The notes under the pieces: model-generated
What the model was told of the DNA's origin: nothing
The model's database searches: none
Seen by the model: only the letters and a program-made list of their open reading frames with translations
NCBI GenBank assembly: GCA_965202845.1
Contig: OZ241856.1
Coordinates: forward strand, 2,473,931-2,537,930
Direction of reading: 5' to 3'
Origin: Candidatus Marinacidobacterium sp.
GTDB lineage: Bacteria > Acidobacteriota > Vicinamibacteria > Marinacidobacterales > Marinacidobacteraceae
Length of the DNA: 64,000 bases
Position numbers and translations under genes: made by a program
Shown here: positions 52,515-61,763 of the stretch, in pieces
Layout: each line of letters starts with the position of its first letter
Numbering within the stretch: the first letter of the stretch is position 1

Positions 52515-54626
52515 TCAGCGGATCTCCCGGGCGGCGCGGGCCACGATGTCCCGGGGCGAGACCATCTCCTCCGCCTCCTCCAGAACCGCCAGCGCCGCCT
52601 CCCCGCCGATCGCGCCCAGCGCCGTCACCGCCGCCGCCTGGGCCCGGTAGCTGGAATCGGCGCGGAACCGCTCGATCAGGAAGGCCGCTCCCGCCGCCGC
52701 GCCCAGCCGGGTGAGCGCCGCAGTCCGCACATAGGAATTAGGATCGTGCGCCGCCGCCGCCCGGAGCGCATCCGCATCCTCCGCCGGGTCGAGCCCCTCC
52801 ACCGCCGCCTGCCGCACCGCCCAGAAGGGATCGCCCGCCGCCGCGGCCCGCAGCGCCGCCCGGGCTTCGGCGCCTCCCAGCTCCCCGAGCGCGACCGCCG
52901 CCCGCCGGCGTCCGGCGCCGTCGTCGTCCCCGAGCTGCGCCATCCATTCGCCCGGCGGCTTCCGGATGCGGAGTTCGGCCAGCAGCACGTCGTCCGCGTC
53001 GAAGCGGAGATAGCGGGGGCGCCCGGCGGCCGGGAAGCGCAGCGTCTGTTCGCGGCCTTCCAGCAGGAACCGATGGATTTCGGATCCTCCGGAATCGGTC
53101 GCGATCCGGACGGAGAGCGGGGCGCGGTACGCCTCGGGAACCACGCCCATGCTGGCTTCGGGGGACTGGACCTGCCGGATCCGCATCTCCACCTCGCCGT
53201 CGGACCAGGCGGACTCGACTTCGAGCGTCGGGTGCCCCGGGCGGCGCAGCCACATGTCCACGAACCAGCGGATGTCCACGTCGGCGGCTTCGGCGAAGGC
53301 GACGATGAAATCCTCGGTGTCCACCGGCTGGAAGGCGTGCTTCGTGAGGAAATGCCGGATGCCCTCGTGGAAGGCGTCCGCGCCGACGGTGTGCCGCAGC
53401 AGGCGGATCAGCGCCGCGCCCTTCGGGTAGGTGTGCGCGTCGAAGTTGTCGTTCGGGCGGCGCCAGCGGTTCGTCACCACCGGTCGGAGCGCCGTCTCCG
53501 CCTGCCGGAAGTACGCGGCGCGCTTGCGGCGCATGTTCTCGCCCGCCTCGTCGGGTCCGAGCTCCTCGGCGTGCCAGCGATACTCGGACCAGGTGGCGAA
53601 GCTCTCGCTGAGCCAGGTCTCGCCCCAGTCCCGGTAGGAGACCAGGTTGCCCCACCAGTGATGGGCGGCCTCGTGGGCCACCAGGCCGTGGCTCGGAAAA
53701 TCCTGCTCGGCGCGCGCATCGTGGATCGTGCTCTGCCCCAGGACGGTGGCGGTGGTGCTCTCGGCGCCGCCGCCGATGCCGGGGACGGTGACCTGGTCGT
53801 ACTTGTTCCAGGGGTACGCAACCCCGTATTCCTCCTCGAAGAACGTCATCATCGCCGGCGTCCTGTGGAAGCTGCGCTCCGCATCCTCCACGTCCTGCGG
53901 ATACACCCAGTAGCGCACCGGGACGTCCCGGTGGGAGTCCTCGAGGACCTCGTACGGGCCGGCGGCCAGCACCGAGAGATAGGTCGGGTGCGGCTCGTCG
54001 AGCCGCCAGTGGTGGGTCCGGGTTCCCGGACGGGCGCCGGGGCGGACGCCGAGCAGCCGGCCGTTGGAGAGCACGCTCCAGTCCTCGCGCACCGTCGCCA
54101 GCAGCTCGAAGGAGGCGCGGTCGACGGGGTGGTCCACCGACGGATACCAGTGGCGGGCGCCCTCCGGGAACGAAAGGGTGTTGACGAGTCGGGGGTTGGC
54201 AGCGGTCTCCGCCTTGAAGTCGAGCCCCAGGTCGTAGCTCGCCGGCATCCCGAACCGGGTCGCGTCCACATCCATGCCGCGGGCCTGGTAGCGCACTTCG
54301 AGAGCCATCTCCGCGCCGGTTTCGAGGATTTCCGGGAGGGCGACGGCCAGGGTCCCGTCCTCGTGGGAAAACTCCAGCGACTCGCCTGCCGAGCGCGCGC
54401 CGGTCACCCGGAACGACTCGGCGTCCAGCCGGATTTCGTCGATCGGCTCCCGGGCGGCGAGGCGGATCGTCGCCCGCCCGTCCAGACTCTTCGTCGCCTC
54501 CTCCAGATCCAGCTCCACCCGGTAGTGGAGCACGTCGAACGGCTCGGCGCGGAGCTCCTGGACCGGCCAGTCGGAGCGGTCCTCCAGCTGCGCGAACCCG
54601 ACCAGCAGGAGCAGCGTCGGAATCAT
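52515..54626 (-). CDS. M1 family metallopeptidase (aminopeptidase N-like) with C-terminal HEAT-like repeats
   Basis: HEAAHHWWGN...WLSESFATW zinc motif (HExxH-18-E). The C-terminus is rich in Ala/Leu HEAT-like repeats. Confidence 0.85.
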   Translation of the reverse strand: MIPTLLLLVGFAQLEDRSDWPVQELRAEPFDVLHYRVELDLEEATKSLDGRATIRLAAREPIDEIRLDAESFRVTGARSAGESLEFSHEDGTLAVALPEILETGAEMALEVRYQARGMDVDATRFGMPASYDLGLDFKAETAANPRLVNTLSFPEGARHWYPSVDHPVDRASFELLATVREDWSVLSNGRLLGVRPGARPGTRTHHWRLDEPHPTYLSVLAAGPYEVLEDSHRDVPVRYWVYPQDVEDAERSFHRTPAMMTFFEEEYGVAYPWNKYDQVTVPGIGGGAESTTATVLGQSTIHDARAEQDFPSHGLVAHEAAHHWWGNLVSYRDWGETWLSESFATWSEYRWHAEELGPDEAGENMRRKRAAYFRQAETALRPVVTNRWRRPNDNFDAHTYPKGAALIRLLRHTVGADAFHEGIRHFLTKHAFQPVDTEDFIVAFAEAADVDIRWFVDMWLRRPGHPTLEVESAWSDGEVEMRIRQVQSPEASMGVVPEAYRAPLSVRIATDSGGSEIHRFLLEGREQTLRFPAAGRPRYLRFDADDVLLAELRIRKPPGEWMAQLGDDDGAGRRRAAVALGELGGAEARAALRAAAAGDPFWAVRQAAVEGLDPAEDADALRAAAAHDPNSYVRTAALTRLGAAAGAAFLIERFRADSSYRAQAAAVTALGAIGGEAALAVLEEAEEMVSPRDIVARAAREIR

Positions 54627-56488
54627 GATGGGTTCAGGCGGAAATCGAGGCCCACGTGGAGGGCGCGGGGAGTGCCCAGGGTTTCGATCGGCGTCCGGGC
54701 GCTGATGATTTCGGCGTCCAGCAGGTTCTCGCCGGCGGCGTAGAGGCGCACCCGGTCGCCCAGGGGCAGGGCGACCCGGACGCCGACCGCGGCGAACCCG
54801 TCCATCGGCAGTTCGTTCCGGTCATCCTCGAACTGGGCGCCCATGAACCGCAGGTCGGCGTGGACGGACACCGGGCCCTCCCAGGAAATCCCCATCGCGC
54901 CCTGGTGGAGCGGAACCTGCGGGATGCGGAGGCCGGTTTCGGGAATCGAACTGCTGGAAAGCAACCAGGCGACGAACATCTCGGTGCGGTCGTCCAGCCG
55001 GAGCCACATCTCGGCTTCGGCGCCCCGGACTTCCGCTTTTCCGATGTTTTGTCGCTGGCGGAACACGCCTTCGTCGTTCACCTCGAGGGTGATGTTGCCG
55101 ACCACGTTCCGCATGGTGTTCCAGAAGACGTTGCCGCGCAGCAGGACGCGGCGGTTCGGGTACAGGTCGATCCCCATTTCGGCGCCGTAGAGCGTCTCCT
55201 CGCCCAGCTGGTCGTTCGCCGCGGTGCGGACGTTGCCGACCCGGAAGGGGCGGTACAGCTCGTTGAGCGAGGGCGCCCGGAACCCGCGGTAGGCGGACGC
55301 CCGGAGCGAGGCCTGGGGCGTCGGGTGGGCGACCAGCGCGAGGCGCGGGTTGAAACTCGCCCTGGTCCCGGCGTTCTGCCAGAAATCCAGCCGGCCGTCG
55401 GCCAGCAATTCGATGTCCCCGGTCAGCTCCAGGCGCTTCTGGAGAAAGACCCCGGCGCGGTTCTGCCGGCGCTCCTCCCAGCTGGAGCGCATCCAGTCGG
55501 CGCCCAGCTGGAGGCCGTCGGCCAGGCGGGCGGAGAAGACCGCGCCCTGGCCGGCGTATTCGTAGCTCTGCTGCGAGGTGGGAATTTCGCGGGCGCGTCC
55601 GGGGAGGATGCGCGAGAAATCGCTGTTCAGGCGGGCGGTCTGCGAAAACGCCAGCAGCGACCAATTCTCGCGGCGGACGCCGCCGTCGAAGGCGAGCATC
55701 CCCGAATCGTTCACCTGGAGCGGGGTGCCGTTGCGGCGGTCCTCGGTGTGCCAGTTCACCGAGAGGTGGGCCGGGCCGGCCTCGAACCGCCCGTAGGCGG
55801 AGCGGAAGTTCACGCCCGCCGGCCGGTCCACCGCGCCCCGCTCCGCCTCCCGGATCCGATGGTAGCCCTCCCCGTTGAACATCCGGCCGGCGCCGACGAA
55901 CCCGAAGTCGCCGGAGCGGTGGGAGACCAGCGCTTCGCCGTCGCGGATGCCGAGCGTCCCCAGGCTGGCGCGTCCCCGGAGAACCGACGGTTCCGGGCGG
56001 CGGGTGAACAACTGGATGGCGCCGCCGAGCGCCGAGCTTCCGTAGAGCGGGCTGGCGGCGCCCCGGGCGATTTCCACCCGGTCCAGCAGCAGCGTGGGCA
56101 GGCGGTTCCAGTACACCCAGTTCCCGAAGGGGTCGTTCAGCGGAATCCCGTCCCGGAGCGCCAGCGCGCGGCTCGCTCCGCTCGGCCCGATGCCCCGCAG
56201 CGAGACGCCGGTGGTGGTCGGGTGGGAGATGAGGCTGGTGTTCCGGCGGAAGAGCCCGAAGCCCGGCACCCGCAGGAGCGCCTCGTCCAGCAGGATGCCC
56301 GGGGACTCGGCGAGCGCCTCGGCGTCCAGCGAGGTCGCAAACGCCACCGAGTCCACGATCGTCTCCTCGCCGCGCTCGGCGGTCACCACCACCGTCTCGG
56401 CGCGGGAAAGCGGGGGATCGTGGGGATCGTCGTCCTGGGCGGAGGCGACCCCCGCCCCCACCAGGAACAGAAGCGCCGTGTTCTTCAT
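54623..56488 (-). CDS. TonB-dependent receptor
   Basis: Signal peptide, plug-domain motifs (ETVVVTAER, RGIGPSGASRALALRDGIPLNDP), and a long beta-barrel body. Confidence 0.85.
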   Translation of the reverse strand: MKNTALLFLVGAGVASAQDDDPHDPPLSRAETVVVTAERGEETIVDSVAFATSLDAEALAESPGILLDEALLRVPGFGLFRRNTSLISHPTTTGVSLRGIGPSGASRALALRDGIPLNDPFGNWVYWNRLPTLLLDRVEIARGAASPLYGSSALGGAIQLFTRRPEPSVLRGRASLGTLGIRDGEALVSHRSGDFGFVGAGRMFNGEGYHRIREAERGAVDRPAGVNFRSAYGRFEAGPAHLSVNWHTEDRRNGTPLQVNDSGMLAFDGGVRRENWSLLAFSQTARLNSDFSRILPGRAREIPTSQQSYEYAGQGAVFSARLADGLQLGADWMRSSWEERRQNRAGVFLQKRLELTGDIELLADGRLDFWQNAGTRASFNPRLALVAHPTPQASLRASAYRGFRAPSLNELYRPFRVGNVRTAANDQLGEETLYGAEMGIDLYPNRRVLLRGNVFWNTMRNVVGNITLEVNDEGVFRQRQNIGKAEVRGAEAEMWLRLDDRTEMFVAWLLSSSSIPETGLRIPQVPLHQGAMGISWEGPVSVHADLRFMGAQFEDDRNELPMDGFAAVGVRVALPLGDRVRLYAAGENLLDAEIISARTPIETLGTPRALHVGLDFRLNPS

Positions 56489-56506
56489 ATCCTCTGTGTT
56501 CTTCGC

Positions 56507-56582
56507 TGGCGCGCCCTGGGCGATTCGAACACCCGACCTACAGGTTCGTAGCCTGTTGCTCTATCCGCTGAGCTAAGGGCGC
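56507..56582 (-). tRNA. tRNA-Arg (anticodon ACG), CCA encoded
   Basis: Folded by hand: acceptor GCGCCCT/AGGGCGC, D arm GCTC-AGCGGATA-GAGC, anticodon arm ACAGG-CTACGAA-CCTGT, T arm GGGTG-TTCGAAT-CGCCC, and G-CCA at the 3' end. Confidence 0.9.
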
Positions 56583-56603
56583 GACCGGGAGCCGGGGTCG
56601 GGG

Positions 56604-56675
56604 TACCGCTACGGGGATTCGAACCCCGGTTTGATGGCTGAGAACCACCCGTCCTAACCCCTAGACGATAGCGGC
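56604..56675 (-). tRNA. tRNA-Glu (anticodon CTC)
   Basis: Folded by hand: acceptor GCCGCTA/TAGCGGT (G1-U72 wobble), D arm GTCT-AGGGGTTA-GGAC, anticodon arm GGTGG-TTCTCAG-CCATC, T arm CGGGG-TTCGAAT-CCCCG. CCA is not encoded. Confidence 0.85.
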
Positions 56676-57437
56676 CCCGACCGAAGTCGCAGGCCCGAAC
56701 TCTAGCACATCGTGGAGGCCGAACGATGCGGCGGAGGGAGGCCGGCCGGCGATGCCTCCCTCGTCGCGGACCAGAACCCGGGCGCGGGAGCGTCCGGGGA
56801 GGAAGCCGCCCAGAACCAGGCCGTGGCCGATCCGGCGGTGCGGGGTCTCGAACGCCAGCCGGCGGATCCCCAGGTCCCCGGCGCGACGCGCCGCCTCCCG
56901 GGCGAGGAAGCCGACGAGGTCGGGATCGTCGGGCGGAGCGAACCACTCGGCGACTTCCGTCTCCCCTCCGAAACGGGCGAAGGCGGCGGGCGCCCCGTCC
57001 ACCCGGACCGTCACGCCCTCCGCGCCCCCTTCGGTTCCGCCGGCCGCGAGCGCGGCGAAGCGGGAGCGATGCCGCTCCCGGAGCGCCGCCTGCTCCCCCG
57101 CATCAAGAACTTCCGGGGAAGCCGTCGCGCCGGGCGGTTTCCGGAAGTGGGGCGCGAACAGCCAGCGCGCCGCCCGGCGCCACGCCCCGGGAGCGGTCGG
57201 CGCGACGTAGCGCGCCAGCGGGCCGGCGTCCTCGAAGCCGAGCGCCCGGAAGGCGCCGTGGAGCCGGTCCGCCGCCGGCAGGACCGCCGCCGCGAGCGGC
57301 GCGGAGCGGGACCACCTGGCGAGCGCCGCCAGCTCGTCGCGCCGGGACTCCCCCTCCGACCACTCGATCCGCGTCAGAAGCCTTCCGGGGTCCGCCGACG
57401 GATCGGCGAGGAGGAGCGGGCGATCCTGGAGGATCAC
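56661..57437 (-). CDS. Hypothetical protein (possibly GNAT-like)
   Basis: 258 aa with GTGA-overlap start on the PspC-domain gene. Composition is non-repetitive (FRALGFEDAG, RRLAFETPHRRIGHGLVLGGF). The last five codons and the stop lie inside tRNA-Glu. Confidence 0.45.
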   Translation of the reverse strand: MILQDRPLLLADPSADPGRLLTRIEWSEGESRRDELAALARWSRSAPLAAAVLPAADRLHGAFRALGFEDAGPLARYVAPTAPGAWRRAARWLFAPHFRKPPGATASPEVLDAGEQAALRERHRSRFAALAAGGTEGGAEGVTVRVDGAPAAFARFGGETEVAEWFAPPDDPDLVGFLAREAARRAGDLGIRRLAFETPHRRIGHGLVLGGFLPGRSRARVLVRDEGGIAGRPPSAASFGLHDVLEFGPATSVGAAIV

Positions 57438-57622
57438 TCCTCCGGCTGCATCACGATGGCGAGGATGAGGTAGACCAGGATGCCGGGGAACGCGGCGGAG
57501 CAGACGCTGGCCAGCACGAACAGCACCCGCACCAGCGTCCGGTCCAGCTGCCACCATTTGGCCAGCCCGGCGCAGACGCCCAGCAGCAGCCGGCCGTCCC
57601 GGGGTCTTTCGAGTCGCGCCAT
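57434..57622 (-). CDS. PspC domain-containing small membrane protein
   Basis: MARLERPRDGRLLLGVCAGLAKWWQLDRTLVRVLFVL matches the PspC pattern. 62 aa. Confidence 0.7.
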   Translation of the reverse strand: MARLERPRDGRLLLGVCAGLAKWWQLDRTLVRVLFVLASVCSAAFPGILVYLILAIVMQPEE

Positions 57623-57636
57623 GTCGTTTCCCCCCT

Positions 57637-58476
57637 TCAGGAGGTTGTGATCAGGGAGTACAGGATGGCGACCAAGCTGACCCCCAGCAGGACGGCGCCC
57701 TGGATGGCGTGCTTGCCCCGCTCCGGCTCGAACGCGCCGAACCGGGACGCCATGAAGTAGCCGCCGAGGAACCCGCCGAGGTGGGCGGCGTTGTCGATTC
57801 CCGGCATCAGAAAGCCGACGACGGCGAGGAAGAGCACCACCCGCCAGACCGAACGGGCGACTTCCGAGCTGGTGCGCCGCCCGTAGTAGAGCAGCGCGCC
57901 GAGCAGACCGCACAGCGACGCCGAAGCGCCGATGGTGATGCTGGGCGCGCCGCCGAACATGGGGATGAAGGGGGCATACGCTCCCATGAACGAAGAAAGG
58001 AGGAATCCGGTTCCGGCGCTGACCTGGTAGATGATCAGCGCGCGCCCCGCGCCGAAGGCGTCGCTGACCGGCGGAAAGAGGTTCCAGACCCAGTACATGT
58101 TGAACAGGATGTGGAGCAGGCCGCCGTGGAGCCAGCCGGCGCTGAAGATCGCCCAGGGCTTGCCGAGGCCGAACACCGGGACCGCGCCGGCGGCGCCCAG
58201 CCGGAAGAGGGCGCGCCCGTCCGGGCTCAGGAAGTCCAGCATCCCGGACATCCCGATCCGCCCGATGCTCATCAGGAGGGCCGCCAGGAAGAGCGCGATG
58301 TTGGCGCCCAGAATCAGCCAGGCCAGCTGCGCCGCTTCGAACCGGAACGCCCCGGCGAACCCGAACATGCCGGGGTGGCGGCGCCCGCAGCCCAGGCACT
58401 CGGCGTCCCGGACGCCGACCAGCTGGCCGCAGCCGGGGCACAGCACGGAACCGGAGCGGCGGCCGGCGAACTTCAT
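57637..58476 (-). CDS. Rhomboid family intramembrane serine protease with N-terminal zinc-ribbon
   Basis: CPGCG...CLGCG ribbon, HGGLLHILFNM, catalytic GASASLCG and AHLGGFLGG. Start at MKFAGRR (internal Met of the track ORF). Confidence 0.85.
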   Translation of the reverse strand: MKFAGRRSGSVLCPGCGQLVGVRDAECLGCGRRHPGMFGFAGAFRFEAAQLAWLILGANIALFLAALLMSIGRIGMSGMLDFLSPDGRALFRLGAAGAVPVFGLGKPWAIFSAGWLHGGLLHILFNMYWVWNLFPPVSDAFGAGRALIIYQVSAGTGFLLSSFMGAYAPFIPMFGGAPSITIGASASLCGLLGALLYYGRRTSSEVARSVWRVVLFLAVVGFLMPGIDNAAHLGGFLGGYFMASRFGAFEPERGKHAIQGAVLLGVSLVAILYSLITTS

Positions 58477-58644
58477 CCCGCCTATTCTGGCGCACCCGGC
58501 CCGCTCGTTCAGCACGACGCAACCACCATCCCGATCACCAGGTACATGCCCAGCCAGATGGGGAAAAGGCAGATCGCCAAAACCACCCGGAAACAGCCCT
58601 TTCCCATTCGAAGCTTCCATTCGGGCATCTCCGGAAGCTGAATT
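58128..58644. repeat. 517-bp direct repeat, copy A (flanks IS1634-family element)
   Basis: Identical by eye, base for base, to 60566..61082. Covers rhomboid codons 1-116 plus 168 bp upstream. Confidence 0.9.
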
Positions 58645-60565
58645 CTTGACTTCGACAGTTTTGATCGATAAGTCCTTGACTGTCAATAGCCGACATTTCT
58701 GGCTAGGCACTACAAACGTAGCCCTCTGAAGGCTACGCCGGCGGAGGTTCGGCCCTCAGGCGAGCTGGTACGGCGTGGTCGGCAGGGGAAGTCTCATCGC
58801 GGCGTAGATAGCCTCGGCCTCCAGGGACGGCTTCGAGGGGATGGCGTATCGCTCTCCCGTTTTCTCGCAAAGCAACACCGTGCACTTGCGGTGCGCCAGC
58901 GCGTTGCGGATGACTTCGGGAGACATCCGTTCCTTCTGGAGCGCGACCCGATAGGCCAGATGGCGCACGCAGGCGAACGCCATGAAGGCGATCGCGATGT
59001 GGGCGCGGATCCGTTGTTCGGTCCAGTGCCAGATCGGCCGGACGCGCAGATCGTGCTTGGTGATGCGGAAGCTCTCCTCGACCCGCCAGAGTCCCCGGTA
59101 GTGCGACAGCACCTCGGCGGCCCGCGCGTCGCGCAGGTTGGTGATGACGCCGGCCAGTCCGTCCCAGCGCGCCGCCTCGTCGATCTTCTTCTGATCCAGG
59201 ACGAGTCGCGCATCCCCTTCAACGGCGATGAAGCGCTTGGCGCCATGCTGGGACAACAGCGCTTTGGGGTTGTCGCTTTGCGACAGCTTGTCGAACGCCC
59301 GCTGGATCGCCTTGCGGCGATCGTGGGCGTCCTTGTGCGCTCGCTTGGCGGACCACGTGACGATCAACCGTCGCCCCTGGTGCTCCCATTCGTTCACCCG
59401 GCGCTCCGAGGAGCCTTCCAACGGGCCGTAGGAGTCCAGGTTCCAGATCTTCTTGCGTAGCGCGCCGGGGAGCTGGCGCAGCCGGGCGCCCACCACATAG
59501 CCGCCGCCCATCGCGTCCAGAGCCTCCAGGTTGGCGGCGCTGAGCATCCCCCGATCCGCCACGCAGACCGCCTGCTGCGCCGGATGACGCCGCAGCAAGC
59601 CCTCGAACACCGGAACCAGGCTGTGCCCCTCGTAGGCGGCGCCGGGGAACACCTCGTAGCTCACCGGAAGCCCCTCGCGGGTGACCATCAGCGCCAGCAG
59701 CACCTGCGAGTAGCGGTGCTTGCCGTCCTTGCTGTACCCCTTCTGGCGGAGTTCGTCCTCCTCCTCCGTCGCAAAGGCCAGCGTGGTGCAGTCGAAGAAC
59801 AGCACCGAGACCGGATCGGGCAACACCGAGCGGGTGGCGTCGCCGACCCGGGCGCGAAGCCGTTCGATTGTCCTCGCGTCCAGCCGATCCATCATCCGGT
59901 AGACCTTGTGAAGCGGAAGGCTCACCCCGAAGTCGTCTTCAAGATTCCGCACGCTGCCGCGCTTGCTGTCCGGGTTGGCGATCCGCGCCATCACCGTGTG
60001 GAAGAGCGCGTCGTGGTACGCCCGATAGCGGGAGCGCGGCAACAGCGCATGCAGCCCCAGATGCCGGTAGACCTCGCCGTAGACCTCATGGATCCCGGTC
60101 GTGATCGGTTGCGCTTCCTTCAGTTGCTTGAGATCGACCGGGAGGGACTCCTTGCCGTCCCCCTCGCGCCCAACGCGGATGACCTGCTCGGCGATCTTCT
60201 CGGAGGAGAAGAGGAGAGGCGGCTGGCGTTCGTCCTTGAGCTTGTCCTTGATGAACTCGCCGAGCCGCTTCAGGCGTTCGAGCTCCTTGTCGTCCTTTGC
60301 GACGCCGACGTGGCGGACGATGCGCTGGCGGACCTTGGTTCCTTTGCGTACGCCTTCGACGAGTTGTACGGAGCGCCGGGGGCTGTTGGGAGTGGACTTG
60401 ACGCGAACGAACATGGGTGGAGTATAGCACAGAAGTCAAACCAGAAAAATCGCTAGGCACAACAGAGCGAGTAGCGAAAAGCTCCCTTGTTTCAGAACAT
60501 GTTTGTTTTCAACAGCTTCCCGATCCGACGCTCCGACCGAAATCGGGCTCAAACTGTCAAAGTCG
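58645..60565 (-). mobile_element. IS1634-family insertion sequence
   Basis: Imperfect terminal IRs: CTTGACTTCGACAGTTTTGA at 58645, and the complement of CCGACTTTGACAGTTTGAG ending at 60565. Single 552-aa transposase. Bracketed by the 517-bp direct repeats. Confidence 0.8.
58756..60414 (-). CDS. IS1634 family (IS4-related) transposase
   Basis: N-terminus MFVRVKSTPNSPRRSVQLVEGVRKGTKVRQRIVRHVG is typical of IS1634/IS1549-type enzymes. DDE context: FFDCTTL, VADRGM, YRGLWRVEESFRITKHDL. Confidence 0.9.
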   Translation of the reverse strand: MFVRVKSTPNSPRRSVQLVEGVRKGTKVRQRIVRHVGVAKDDKELERLKRLGEFIKDKLKDERQPPLLFSSEKIAEQVIRVGREGDGKESLPVDLKQLKEAQPITTGIHEVYGEVYRHLGLHALLPRSRYRAYHDALFHTVMARIANPDSKRGSVRNLEDDFGVSLPLHKVYRMMDRLDARTIERLRARVGDATRSVLPDPVSVLFFDCTTLAFATEEEDELRQKGYSKDGKHRYSQVLLALMVTREGLPVSYEVFPGAAYEGHSLVPVFEGLLRRHPAQQAVCVADRGMLSAANLEALDAMGGGYVVGARLRQLPGALRKKIWNLDSYGPLEGSSERRVNEWEHQGRRLIVTWSAKRAHKDAHDRRKAIQRAFDKLSQSDNPKALLSQHGAKRFIAVEGDARLVLDQKKIDEAARWDGLAGVITNLRDARAAEVLSHYRGLWRVEESFRITKHDLRVRPIWHWTEQRIRAHIAIAFMAFACVRHLAYRVALQKERMSPEVIRNALAHRKCTVLLCEKTGERYAIPSKPSLEAEAIYAAMRLPLPTTPYQLA

Positions 60566-60914
60566 GGAGCCAGCCGGCGCTGAAGATCGCCCAGGGCTTG
60601 CCGAGGCCGAACACCGGGACCGCGCCGGCGGCGCCCAGCCGGAAGAGGGCGCGCCCGTCCGGGCTCAGGAAGTCCAGCATCCCGGACATCCCGATCCGCC
60701 CGATGCTCATCAGGAGGGCCGCCAGGAAGAGCGCGATGTTGGCGCCCAGAATCAGCCAGGCCAGCTGCGCCGCTTCGAACCGGAACGCCCCGGCGAACCC
60801 GAACATGCCGGGGTGGCGGCGCCCGCAGCCCAGGCACTCGGCGTCCCGGACGCCGACCAGCTGGCCGCAGCCGGGGCACAGCACGGAACCGGAGCGGCGG
60901 CCGGCGAACTTCAT
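60566..60914 (-). pseudogene. 5' fragment (116 codons) of the rhomboid protease gene created by the duplication
   Basis: Same sequence as codons 1-116 of 57637..58476, then reads into the IS end (…SAGWLPTLTV stop). Confidence 0.75.
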
Positions 60915-61082
60915 CCCGCCTATTCTGGCGCACCCGGCCCGCTCGTTCAGCACGACGCAACCACCATCCCGATCACCAGGTACATGCCCAGCCAGATGGG
61001 GAAAAGGCAGATCGCCAAAACCACCCGGAAACAGCCCTTTCCCATTCGAAGCTTCCATTCGGGCATCTCCGGAAGCTGAATT
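60566..61082. repeat. 517-bp direct repeat, copy B
   Basis: Identical to 58128..58644. Confidence 0.9.
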
Positions 61083-61222
61083 TCTTCGGGAAAATCAATT
61101 TTTATTCTCGCGATGCGGTCGCACAGCAGCAGGTGCAACGCGGTGGCAAGAAACAGGACGAGGCCCGTGGGATAAGACGAATCCGCCCGCGCCGCCAACG
61201 CAAGCAGAAACGGAACGCCCAC
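60947..61222 (-). CDS. Small hydrophobic membrane protein upstream of the original rhomboid gene
   Basis: 91 aa with two to three hydrophobic segments. Its 3' two-fifths lies in the duplicated block, so copy A retains only a truncated version. Confidence 0.4.
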   Translation of the reverse strand: MGVPFLLALAARADSSYPTGLVLFLATALHLLLCDRIARIKIDFPEEIQLPEMPEWKLRMGKGCFRVVLAICLFPIWLGMYLVIGMVVASC

Positions 61223-61237
61223 GAATCGTTTCCCCGG

Positions 61238-61759
61238 TCAGCAGGTCAGCACCATGACGATCACGAGCAGAAGCAGGCCGACGGCCACGACGCACCCGCA
61301 ACCGGGGATGCCCTCCGCAGCCGCCGCCTTGCGCCGTCGTCGCGCCTCGTCGGGGAACAGCGTTTCGGAGGCGCCGCCGCCGGAGCGGGGCGGCAGGGTG
61401 TAGGGGGGCGGACGGAGCGGGCGGGACGGCGGTTCCGGATCCTCCGCGGGCTCCTCGGGCCGAAGGGCCTCCTGCCAGGGCGGGACGACCGGGACGATCC
61501 TTCCGGCGGGCAGGCGGATCCGCGGAATCCGGACCTCCAGCTCGCACTCGTGCTGGAAGAAGCTGGAGTGCGGAACGCGCCGGGTCTCGACGTCGTGGAC
61601 CGGGTACTCGCCCGGACGCTCCCCGTGGGTGAAGCGGGCGCCGTCCCGGAAATCCAGGTGGATGGTCAGCCTGCCCCGGGTTTCGTCGAACTCGACGCGC
61701 TTGACGAACCAGGGGTCCGAAACGCCGAGCGCCGACTGGAACAGTCCGTGTTCCGTCAT
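61238..61759 (-). CDS. ISL3 transposase N-terminal domain fragment fused to Pro-rich linker and C-terminal hydrophobic anchor
   Basis: The first ~95 aa align to the N-terminus of the intact ISL3 transposase at 18995..20236 (DPWFV..VEFD, FFQ.ECEL, PPW). The catalytic DDE body is absent. The tail GCGCVVAVGLLLLVIVMVLTC is TM-like. Confidence 0.5.
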   Translation of the reverse strand: MTEHGLFQSALGVSDPWFVKRVEFDETRGRLTIHLDFRDGARFTHGERPGEYPVHDVETRRVPHSSFFQHECELEVRIPRIRLPAGRIVPVVPPWQEALRPEEPAEDPEPPSRPLRPPPYTLPPRSGGGASETLFPDEARRRRKAAAAEGIPGCGCVVAVGLLLLVIVMVLTC

Positions 61760-61763
61760 CCTC

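Noticed and set aside
57434-58710. Long N-terminal extensions of the PspC-domain (362-aa ORF) and rhomboid (357-aa ORF) genes.
   Set aside because: The extensions are low-complexity or overlap the neighbouring real gene. Family-typical N-termini begin at the internal Met codons 57622 and 58476.
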